Source: Octopus sinensis
Taxonomy: Eukaryota
Reading direction: 5' to 3'
DNA length: 64,000 nucleotides
Assembly: GCF_006345805.1 (NCBI RefSeq)
Contig: NC_042997.1
Location: 66,092,001-66,156,000 of the forward strand
The notes under the pieces were generated by a model. It was not told where the DNA came from. It was given only the letters and a program-made list of their open reading frames with translations, and ran no database searches. The position numbers and the translations under genes were made by a program. The number at the start of each line of letters is the position of its first letter. The first letter of the stretch is position 1. Positions 38,581 to 48,936 of this stretch are shown piece after piece.

Positions 38581-39310
38581 GTATTGTGGTCAATTCATTC
38601 GATTACAATTCTTCAGGGCAGTGCCCCAGTATGGCCACAGTCTAATGACTGAAACATATAAAAGAATACATTCATAACTACTACTAAAGGACAGTGGCAT
38701 ATATGGAGCGCTAGAGAAGCAGAGAGGGAAATTATTCAAGTGATAAGTCATATTTGCACAACAGCCAATAGAGAGATTATAATTATTATACCTAGCATTT
38801 AAAAGAAACCCTTCATAAAGTAACAGAAATAACAATTATTTACTTAGTTTCAATTTAGAAGACTGCATTCTTTAGAAAGGAGGAAAAATAAGCTTCATTC
38901 ATGCGTTAATATAGCGGAACATGTCCTATTATATACCTAAATGAATTTCCATAAGAAGCTATTGAAATAGAAAGAGAAAGAGAGAGAATCGCATATAAGC
39001 AAAAATTCCTCTTATCTGTGTGCGTGCATGTATGTGCATGTGTGTGTGTGGATATTTAGGTGAGTGTGTATATGCATGTGTGTGTATACATGTTCATGTG
39101 TATATCTCCACTGATTAAAAACCAATGCTGTTGTTTTTTCTATCCCATAACATAGCAGTTCAACAAATAGTTATGAGTAAAATAATTGTCAGACTTGAAA
39201 CACAACATAATTGTGTTAATATGATAAAAAAAAAAAACCTAGGAGGAAGGGTTCCAGCATGGCCATGGTCCAACGACTGAAAATATTAAAAGAACATGTT
39301 GCATATATAT

Positions 39311-39354
<44 letters not shown>

Positions 39355-39389
39355 TACACACATGCATATATATATATATATATATATAA

Positions 39390-39670
39390 GTGGAGGCGCA
39401 ATGGCCTAGTGGTTAGGGCAGCGGACTCGCGGTCGCAGGATTGCGGTTTCGATTCCCAGACCGAGCGTTGTGAGTGTTTATTGAGCGAAAACACCTAAAA
39501 GCTCCACGAGGCTCCGGCAGGGGGTGGTGATCCCTGCTGTAGTCTTTCACCACTCTTTCTTCTGTTGGCCTGCTCGCTTAGCCAGCGGGGTGGTGTCATT
39601 TGAAGGCTAAAACAATGCGAACGCATTGTGACCAGCGATGTGTAACAACATCTGATGGTCTGGTCGGTCC

Positions 39671-39675
<5 letters not shown>
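39390..39675 (+). mobile_element. tRNA-derived SINE, family D (CpG-rich, young)
   Basis: A box tggcctagtgg and B box ggtttcgattccc, followed by ~200 bp of non-tRNA body ending at a TA microsatellite. Confidence 0.8.
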
Positions 39676-39701
<26 letters not shown>

Positions 39702-39719
39702 GATAGATAGATAGATAGA

Positions 39720-39950
39720 TGCAGGAGTGGCTGAGTGGTAAGAAGCCTGCTTCCCAATCACATGGTTTCAGATTTAGTTCCACTTGGGCAAGTGTCTTCT
39801 ACTATAGCTTCAGGCCGAACAAAGCCTTGTGAGTGGATGGAAATAGAAAGAAGCCCAATGTTGGTGTGTTTACATTCCTGTAACTTAGCAGTTCAGCAAA
39901 AGAGACCAATAGAATAAGCACTAGACTTACAAAGAAGAAGTCCTGGGGAT
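39720..39950 (+). mobile_element. SINE family A with internal deletions
   Basis: gcaggagtggctgagtggtaagaagcctgcttccc..cttgggcaagtgtcttctactatag..agttcagcaaaagagaccaatagaataag. Confidence 0.8.
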
Positions 39951-39954
39951 CAAT

Positions 39955-40075
39955 ACATACATATATGTATATATATACACATACATATATATATATATAT
40001 ATATACATAAATATGTATATATACACACATACATATACATAAGTACATATACATACATGATTATATATACATAAG

Positions 40076-40113
<38 letters not shown>

Positions 40114-40323
40114 TATGTACATATAAATACATAATTATATACACATACATATATATATACACACATAGATATGTATATATATATAAATACATAATTATAT
40201 ACACATATGTATATATATACACACACAATTATATACACATACGTATATATATATATTATATATATATATATACACATACATGTGTGTGTGTGTATATATA
40301 TATATATAAATACATAATTATAT

Positions 40324-40378
<55 letters not shown>

Positions 40379-40440
40379 CACACATACATATGTATATATA
40401 AATACATAATTTTATATATATATGCATATGTATATGTCTG
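39955..40440. repeat. Complex TA/CA microsatellite with recurring aatacataattatatacacat unit
   Basis: Unit recurs at about 40125, 40186, 40308 and 40401 among (TA)n runs. Confidence 0.9.
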
Positions 40441-40729
40441 TCCCTATAATGTATGCATACGTATGTTATATGACTTGCAAGTGCGTATATGGTAAACAGA
40501 GTGAAGTAAGACAGCATTCAAAATAATCATTGTTATTGATAAAACTATATTGATCATGTGTGAGATCTTGTGACTTTTAGAGTTTCTGGAAGATTTCCAG
40601 TGGAAGTGTGTAAAGTAAAGAATGTTGCAGGGATGCAGAGTTCTTATGGTGTCCAGTTTTCATGATTGGTTGTGTAGGAAATTAACTATGCTCTCTATCT
40701 CTGTCACTGCCCAATAATCTATTTCTCTC

Positions 40730-41175
40730 CATGTCAATCTATCTGTCTATTTATCTATCTTTATATGCATCTATTTTATCTATTTATTTGTCTAGCTCTC
40801 TTAGTTTAACTGCCGGTCTCTCCGCCTCTCTCACTACCTTCCTTACTATCTCTTTCATTTTGTCAACTGCCCTTCCTCCTCATCTGCTTCACATTTCTTC
40901 TATTTTTAAGCTCTCTCCCTTTCTCTCTCTCTACTGCTTTACTACACCATACCTTCTTTCTCCCCTCTCTCTCCTTTTCTGTCTCTTTCTCTCTCTCACC
41001 CTCTCTCCCTTTCTGCCTCTTTCTCTCTCTACCCTCTCTCTCTCCTTTTCTGTCTCTTTCTCTCTCTCCCCCTCTCTCCCTTTTTGCTTCTTTCTCTCTC
41101 TCTCTCCCTCTTTACTTCACAATACCTTCTATCCCCTCCTCTCACTTCTTTTACTTGTCTCCCCTTCCCTCCCCC
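40730..41175. repeat. CT-rich low-complexity tract
   Basis: Pyrimidine-only runs; source of the spurious S/L/P-rich ORF. Confidence 0.9.
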
Positions 41176-41649
41176 TGTCTCTATGTAGGCATATATGTAG
41201 TAACAGATATTTGCACAGATACCAAGTTTGGGGGTGGAGTATTCATCATCTGCATCATCTAAACATCCACTTCCCCACGCCAGCATGGGTCAGACAGAAT
41301 TTTTCACGAGCACATTTTCTATGGCTGGATGCTCTTTCTGCCACCAACCCTCACATGTTTTCAAGCAAGGCAATATTTAAGCATAGCCATAGACATTTTT
41401 CATAGAAAACTAGAATGAAACGTCACTTGTATGATGATGCTCATTTACAATCATCACAACATCAAGACAAGGGTATACACACACACACACACACATACAA
41501 ATGGATATATGTGTGTGTGTGTGTGTGTGTGTGAGTCTGTGTGTGTGTGTAGTTAATCCAAACATGAACAAAGAGAAAACACAACAACACGAGGACATGG
41601 AACAAGTATAGTGTTATTGGACGCTCAGGAAAGGAAAGAAAGAAGGAGG

Positions 41650-41684
41650 ATTTAATGTTTCAAGCGGAGCTCTTCATCAGAAAC
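41650..41684 (-). ncRNA. Minimal hammerhead-like motif (decayed)
   Basis: Minus: gttt-CTGATGA-agagc tcc gctt-GAAA-CA-TT-aaat; stems I and II can pair; ACGT palindrome appears as ACAT. Confidence 0.5.
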
Positions 41685-41917
41685 ATAGAAAAAGGAAAGG
41701 TCCAAGGAAGGGAAGCCAGAGAAGGAAAATCGCCTATGATACACACGCGGTCACATATTGAAATGACCAGACGGGAATGGGTGAAGAAAAAGTTCTTTCA
41801 AAGACTGGAGAGTGCAAGAGAAGGAGGTATGTGAGTGTATGTGTGGGTGTGTGCATGCAGGTCTCTGTGTGTGTGTGTGTGTGTGTGTAATGATAACACG
41901 TGTGGGTGTCCATGCAG

Positions 41918-41963
<46 letters not shown>

Positions 41964-42150
41964 TTGTGGCTGTTTATCTACGTGTATCCATTAAGGTCAT
42001 AGGAAGAATTTATAGTAATTTTGGTAGGGGTGGCTCCTTTTGTGTGTCTACCTACACATGTGCATAGGAGAATGGTCAGTAGAAGGTACTGGTAGTTTGA
42101 AGTATGTGTGTGTGCATGTATGTATATGTAGCGTGTATACACACACATTA

Positions 42151-42370
42151 TATAGTGGATGCTGAAAAGATCCTGACTTTGGGTAAAAGAAAATACAGGA
42201 GGATCAGTTAATTATGATTTTATTCAACATATTCCCTTCTCAGATTCACACACTTATTGCAGCAATCCTTCAGTTTTTCTAAGCCCTGTAAATGAACTTG
42301 GAAGGTTGGGCCTCCAACCAGGCCTTTCACAATACCCTTAAAGCCAAGAACTTTTCAACACACCCTCGTG
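42151..42370. mobile_element. mariner-type MITE
   Basis: Imperfect TIRs gatgctgaaaagatcctgacttt (42158-42180) and aaagccaagaacttttcaacacaccctcg (42340-42369). Confidence 0.6.
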
Positions 42371-42734
42371 TGTGTGTAAGTAAATATAAAAATCATATAC
42401 AAATATATACATCATTGTCTGTATATATATATATATAGATATAAACATCATATACAAATACATACATTGTGTGTGTGTGTATTTTGTTTGTTTTTATATT
42501 CAATTATATTAAAAACAATTTTACATTAATCTGATGAGTTACTCTTTACTTTTATAGAGTACAAATTTATTATTCTTGAACAGGAATGTAGTTTACAGTG
42601 ACTTTGAAGTTTTGGCCAGTTCAGCTATCATTGGACTGCAGTCTGATGATGGCTTAGCTGAGTGAAACGTTGATGTCACTGTCGACAACATTGTTGTTTA
42701 AGAATAATAAACATATATACATAGACATGACAGA

Positions 42735-43882
42735 AGGAAATATACACCCATAAAATGTTTTGTATTTATCCTAAATTGCAATGGTTTATATCTTTTATTG
42801 ACATTTTTATGTTCTATATGTGACTGTTTAATCGTGCCATGTACAAAAGAAGCCTTGGAACTGTCTGAATTTCAAAGAGACCATATTGTAGGTCGATCTG
42901 AAGGTGGGCATAGCATAAAACCACAGAAGACCTTAGGATCCCACTTTCTACAGTTAATAGAGTGATTGTGCAATTCACCAGAGAGGGAAAGGAGTCCACA
43001 TCACCTTGCCCAGATCAACTAGGGCTCTCTAACAGGACCCTTCTCTTTATTAAGTGTGGAGGATAATCCTTGTTGCAAGGCCTCTGACATAGCAGAACAA
43101 GTTGGTGTCAGTCTCAGAACAGCTGTGAGGTATCTCCACAAACTTGGTTACTATGACAGAGCAGCAAGAAGGAAGCCATTTCTTCAACCAGCTAACATCA
43201 AACAGAGAAAAGATTGGGCCAGTGAGATGGTGGAGAGGCCACTAGCATTTTGGGACACTGTCATATTCTCTGGTTAGTCCAGATTTGCTGTATTTCCTGA
43301 CAATGGTCAAGTGTAGCTCTGGAGACTCTGTGATCAAGAATTTCATGTGAAAATATTGCAGCCAACAATGAAACACAATAGCTGTTCTGTGATGGTGTGG
43401 GGAGCAATGTTTGATCAGAGCTGGTGGAGTGTGAGGGAAACAAACTCAGATAAAATATGTGTCCAGTAATAAAATGATTAAAGAAGACTATTTATGGAAG
43501 ATGGCTTGTCACATGGCTAAAATGACCCAAGGTTTGTTGGATGAGAATGACATTAAAAAACGTCCATGGCCAAGCCAGTCACCAGATATGAACCCTATTG
43601 AACACCTTTGGGACATAATGGACAGGATACTTCATAAAAAGAACAAGAAAGCATCTCCAAAATCAGATCTTTTGAGATTACTGCATGAAACTTGGCAAGA
43701 AATTCCACAAGAGAATATTCATCTGATCAGTAACATGCCTAATAGGGTCCTTGCACTGAAAAATGCAAAGGGTATGCCCACTAAATATTAAATATTCACA
43801 TTATAACAATTAATAATTTGAATTTATAATTTCAGATTTAAATAAATTCTAATGATTATAAGAGTGTCTATATTTGCTCATA
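42735..43882 (+). pseudogene. Tc1-like transposon with disrupted transposase
   Basis: ELSEFQRDHIVG; VSLRTAVRYLHKLGY..AARRKPFL..RKDWA..WDTVIFS; WPSQSPDMNPIEHLW..RVLALKNAKGMPTKY; frameshifts and stops; degenerate TIRs aaatata(g)acac. Confidence 0.9.
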
Positions 43883-43890
43883 TATCTCCT

Positions 43891-44121
43891 TTAGTATGCT
43901 TTGAAGGTAACTCCTTTGTCAGGTACGTATTTGAACTCTAATGGAGTTCGCAAGAACACTTTTGTTTTTGGCAAGAACAATTTTTCTGAATTTCCTGTTG
44001 ACTTAATTAATTGCAGCATTTGTTGCTGTAATAGTAATTGTTGTTGTTGCTGTTTTTGCAACTCAAGCAAATCAGCCAACAAATTTTCCATAACTTTTAC
44101 AATTTTTTTAATAAAATTCAC
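43891..44121 (-). pseudogene. Ty3/Gypsy gag N-terminal fragment
   Basis: MENLLADLLELQKQQQQQ...EFKYVPDKGVTFKAY resembles the Gypsy gag F.Y.P..G.TF..W motif; lies downstream of a PBS and LTR. Confidence 0.6.
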
Positions 44122-44218
44122 ACAACAAAACTTTGTGGATTCATTAACTTCATGTAAGTTGTTAATTCCTCGTAGAGTTTATTAATTCCTAGTGAGTTGT
44201 TTAAATCCTCATTACCAC

Positions 44219-44420
44219 TGTTGTAATCATTAAAATGTTGGATTGTTATAACAACCACGTCGGTATACAGTATACTTAATAAAACCAGTAAAGACATGAC
44301 TACCTCTGACCACCTACTACATACTCTGGTACTTCATGTACTTCACGTTACTTATAGTGACTAGGTTATTCTGTTCATCATGTGGAAGGGATGTAGCATT
44401 ATTACTAATTCCTTACAACA
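44219..44420 (-). mobile_element. LTR (202 bp) with adjacent PBS-like site at 44206-44217
   Basis: Termini TGTTGTAA...TTACAACA (8-bp perfect IR); minus-strand TGGTAATGAGGA starts 1 nt after the LTR end. Confidence 0.7.
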
Positions 44421-44714
44421 GTGGGTTATACTACTGTACTGATAATATCATGTACAGACTATGTACTTTGGCACATAGATGGAACGTAAAGTTGCAAAAC
44501 CTTATATGGCTTTTGTTTACCTATAATAATTGGTGTTCTGGGTATAAAAAAGAAAGATGTAAATTTTTTACACTCATATTCCTCATTTGCTTACCTCAAG
44601 GTACCACTGCCACTCCTACCACTACTGCCACAACCATCATCATCATCTAACATCCATTCTCCATACTGGCATGGGTTGGTCAGTTTAACAAGGGGCTGGC
44701 ATGGCATGGTTTCT

Positions 44715-44898
44715 TATTTCTTTACTGCCCACAGAGGGGACAAACAAGGATAGACAAATGGATTAAGTCGATTATATTGACCCCAGTGTGTAACTGGTAC
44801 TTATTTAATCGACCCTAAAAGGATGAAAGGCAAAGTCGACTTCGGCGGAATTTGAACTCAGAATGTAGTGGCAGACGAAATACCAACTTGCTGCCAAC
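44715..44898 (-). mobile_element. SINE family B variant nested in an RTE tail with a 15-bp TSD
   Basis: catggcatggtttct (44700-44714) and catggcatgatttct (44899-44913) flank it; RTE tail continues on both sides (44640-44985). Confidence 0.8.
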
Positions 44899-45036
44899 CA
44901 TGGCATGATTTCTACAGCTGGTTGACCTTCCTAATGTCAACTACTTAACAGAGTGTACAGGATGCTTTTTTTGACATGCCACCAGCATGAATAAGATCGC
45001 CAAGTAACTCACAAAAAAAAGAGAAGACCCCCTTAA

Positions 45037-45235
45037 CCCTTTATCATTCAAACCAGCCATATCAGGTTGAAATATTTAACGTGTTTTATGTTGAAACTGG
45101 CCAGATCTGGCCTCTAACCACAACCCAACAATGTCTCATCAAAAGTCTCTCAACTACAAGATAACACATGATTACTTCAAAACAATATAAACAAACAAAC
45201 ATTACATTTGACAGAATAATCTGACTACTAAAGGG
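45037..45235 (-). mobile_element. piggyBac-type MITE
   Basis: TTAA|CCCTTTA...CTAAAGGG|TTAA; body is the reverse complement of 24689-24908. Confidence 0.8.
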
Positions 45236-46514
45236 TTAAATGAGGTGGAGAATAGTACTAAATGGAGGTAGCTCTATGTCAAGTGATGAGAGGTTAAAGT
45301 ATAGAGATGGAAGTGTAACAGAGGGACAAAAACAGGTGTACTTTTACATTTAGATTAAAAAATTTTTGTGTGTGTGTGTAACATTTTGGTTGATAGAAAT
45401 CAAGATGTCAATCAGAGTACATAGATTTTTCAATCCATATATTTGGTTATGATATTTGGGTCATTCGTTTTTCAATTCCCCTTATTTGTGTTAGTCTGAA
45501 CAATGACCCCTCAGATTATCAAAGACAAGGTCATTACCACATACCTCACTTGGTGAGTGTTTGTACCACATATTCTCAGATTTTGTGTCAAAATGTTGGC
45601 ATATTGCCTAATGGACATAGGTTCATACTTGGTCATGTATGCATGCAAATAAATAATTACATACAAACACACACACACAAACTAACGCATATATATTCTA
45701 GTCAACTGTTGATTTGTGCTGATTGTATAACCGGCAATTGATATTAGTTTCTAGCTTCGTTATTATATTTTTTGTAATATTTCATGGATAGGCATTGATC
45801 TTATGCAGTTAAAAGCCAACCTTCCATTTCTGCCTTTAGTACAGAGCTTTTGAGCCATTGTTAGCTTTCATACTGACTCACTTCCTTTCTGTTGAGGTTT
45901 GCAGGATATTGACCATGAAAAGGATTTTCTTTCTATTGCTTTTTATTTCATTTTTTGCTTTGTTTTAAATTTTTGTTGTTTTATTTTTATCCAAACCTTT
46001 TCCCTCTTTGGTGTAATTAGTTTCCAGTTTGTACTATATTGTTACATTATATAGATTTTTTTTTGTTTTTTGGGTTTTTTTAAAAATATTTTCTTAGCGT
46101 TTCCTTATTGCAATAATCAGTTTCCATTTGGCTGCTTCCAAGTAATTTTTTTTTTTTTTAGTGCCACTGTTGTTACTTCATGATAGATCTATATTTGTTA
46201 CAAGTTCCTTCCTCCTTGCTGCTACTACTGCTGTTGTGATGCTGGTGGTTGATCAACCCAAGCCCACACACACCAGATTAGTCCTTACTGAGCCTAAGAT
46301 CAAGAGCATACCAGTTGTGACCATCCCATCTTTTATTTAGCATGCTGCATCTGAGACCATGGTATCCAATGTGTTCTTCCTTCATTATGACCTTAGGGAT
46401 ATTTGGCTGCTAATACAAGTTCTTTGTAAGAGAACAAGTAAATTCTATCACTATAGAATTATTTATTATTTACTTGCCAAATCTTTTCTGCACCAAACAG
46501 GATGCTTTGTGACA

Positions 46515-48055
46515 TTTCGTTCAGCTGCCAATGTTGACTTTACCTTTCATCCTTTTAGGGTCAATAAAGTAAGTACAAGGTGAACACTGTGATAGATGTA
46601 ATTGATTTGCTCTGCCCCTCTCCTCAAAACTGCTGGCCTTGTGCCACAGTTGAAGAATTATTATTATTATTAGCAAGGCGGTGAGCTAGCAGAATCATTA
46701 ACACACTGGACAAAATGCTTAGTGGTACTTTGCCCATCACTATATTCTGAGTTCAAATTCAGCTGAGGTTGACTTTGCCTTTCATCATTTCGGAGTCGGT
46801 AAAATAAGTACCAGTTGAGCAGTGGGGTCAATGTAATCAACTATCCCACCCCGCAAAATTTCAGGCCTTGTGCCTATAGTAGAAAGGATCATTATTATTA
46901 TTATTATTATTATTTTATTATTATTATTAGCAAGGTGGCAAGCTGGCAGAATCATTAGCACACTGGATGAAATGTTTAGTGGTATTTTGCCCATCACTAT
47001 GTTCTGAGTTCAAATTCCATCAAGGTTGGCTTTACCTTTCATCCTTTCAGGGTCAATAAATTAAGTACCAGTGAAACATTAGGGTCAGTGTAATCGACTA
47101 GTCCCCTCCCCACAATTCTCAGGCCTTGTACCTTTAATAGAAAGGATTATTACCTCCACCTTAGCGAAGGCAGAGGTATTGTTTTCAGTTGTGTTTGTTT
47201 GTGTCTCCGTGGACAAGATATCTCAAGAACCACTGAATGAATTCAGATGAAACTTTCAGAGATGTTTGGCCTCAAGACTGTCACGAACTGATTAAATTTT
47301 GGGATCGATCTGGTACCAGACAAGGATTCTGGATTATTTTTCTGTTTTTTACACTTGATTTTTGAGAGTGTTTGGGTTCATTTTTAGTGTTCTTGTTTGT
47401 GAGAGCAGTCAAGTTTATTTCAAATATTCTCATTTTAAAAATCATCTCCAGCTAATTGTTGAGAGGACATTCGTGTTGCCTTGGCAGAGGTTTGTGCTCT
47501 CTGAGTGCTCTTGTTATTATCATAATTAGCAAGGCGGTGAGCTGACAGAATCATCAACACACCAGGCAAAATGCTTTATGACATTTCATCCAGCTTTACG
47601 TTCTGAGTTCAAATGCCACAAGGGTTGACTTTGCCTTTCATCCTTTCAGGGTCAATAAGTACCAGTGAAACACTAGAGTTGATGTAATTGACTAGTCCCC
47701 TCCCATCAAAATTTCAGGCTTTATGTCTTTAGTAGAAAGGAATATTATTATTAGCAACAAAAAAATTGTGATGTAATTTGTAATAAATGACAATTACATC
47801 AATCTTCTTAAATTATTATTATTATTATTAAGGCAGCAAGCTAGCAGAATTGTTAACATGCTGGTCAATAATATGCTTAGTGGTATTTCATCCATCTTTA
47901 CATTCTCAGTTCAAATGACACCAAGGTCGAATCTGTTTTTCATCCTCTCAGGGTCAATAAAATATGTACTAGTTGGGCACTGGGGCTGATATAATTGACT
48001 TACTCTCACCCCTAATGATTCTTCCCAATTTTATTACAAGTTCAGGAATTTATTA
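46515..48055 (+). mobile_element. Cluster of five co-oriented SINE family B copies
   Basis: Copies at ~46515 (partial), 46674, 46929, 47529 and 47830, each preceded or followed by (TTA)n. Confidence 0.85.
47150..47515 (+). mobile_element. Helentron-associated (HINE/DINE-like) non-autonomous element
   Basis: 5' acctccacc-ttagcgaa-ggcagaggt hairpin and 3' ccttggcagaggt subterminal repeat followed by tgtgctctctgagtgc; inserted in a T-rich site. Confidence 0.55.
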
Positions 48056-48089
48056 TCATTATTATTTCTTTTTATCACAGGTTTTGTTG

Positions 48090-48525
48090 GAACTCTTAGC
48101 AGGCTTGCTACCTGCAGCCTACAGTACCATGCTATCTGTTCTTTTCAGGTATCTCATACTTTACTGATTATTCTGGCCATGCCAAGGAGGCAAACCTTTT
48201 GTAACAGTTCTACTCGACACACTATTCCAATTTCCTCTTGATGTCTTCTGCTATTGTCCCCAAGGACCCAACAATAATTGGCACTATCTTCATGTTCTTC
48301 ATTTTCCAAAGCCAGGCTATTTCATACTTAAGAGGGTTTTATTTATTTTTTCCCCTTCCTTCTTGACTATTTATAGGTCAAAGAGACATGCGACATCAAC
48401 TATATAGCATCTTGTCGACCACCAGGTCCAGTTTATTATGCTCTAGCACTTGATCTGTTTGGATTGGGAAATCCCAGAGGATTTTGCTAGTCTCCGACTC
48501 AGCCACTCTCTGTGGTTTGTGATCT
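48090..48525 (-). pseudogene. REL-endonuclease non-LTR retrotransposon 3' fragment (R4/Dong/NeSL-like)
   Basis: Minus peptides DHKPQRVAESETSKILWDFPIQTDQVLEHNKLDLVVDK and YEIAWLWKMKNMKIVPIIVGSLGTI match the PD-(D/E)xK C-terminus pattern (KILWDF.IQTD..I.H..PDIV; LW....VVP.V.GALG). Confidence 0.75.
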
Positions 48526-48884
48526 AAATCAAGGAAGTGATGAAATCATTGTAGAGCTTGCATTTTAGTAAACTCTGTGCTGATAATACCATAACTAAAT
48601 TTTTCTTGATCAATGTCAATAAGAGCCAAGAGAAAGTTCCATAAGGCCATACATCTGGATAGGATAGATTAGGCAAGTATTCAGTGCAGATCCTGATGAG
48701 TAAGACATAGTAAGGATGACAAGAGTAGAGATGAATGTAATGAGTGGATTTGGGTAGAACTAGCTGAATTTATCAGCTCAGAGGAATAAAGCATTTCAGT
48801 GATGGTAGCCAACGGCTGAAATGTTTTGATAACTGATGGTGTTCCAGTCAGCCAGGCAGCAAATTTTTTTGAATTGAAATCTAA

Positions 48885-48936
<52 letters not shown>

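Noticed and set aside
39390-39465. tRNA gene
   Set aside because: A/B boxes are present but the acceptor stem does not pair and ~200 bp of SINE body follows; called a SINE head
39927-40517. 196-aa ORF and similar Y/I/C/V/H/T-rich ORFs throughout
   Set aside because: Translations of (TA)n/(CA)n microsatellites
40731-41405. 224-aa ORF (and the 235-aa ORF at 63256-63963)
   Set aside because: Low-complexity CT/GA tracts lacking stops by composition
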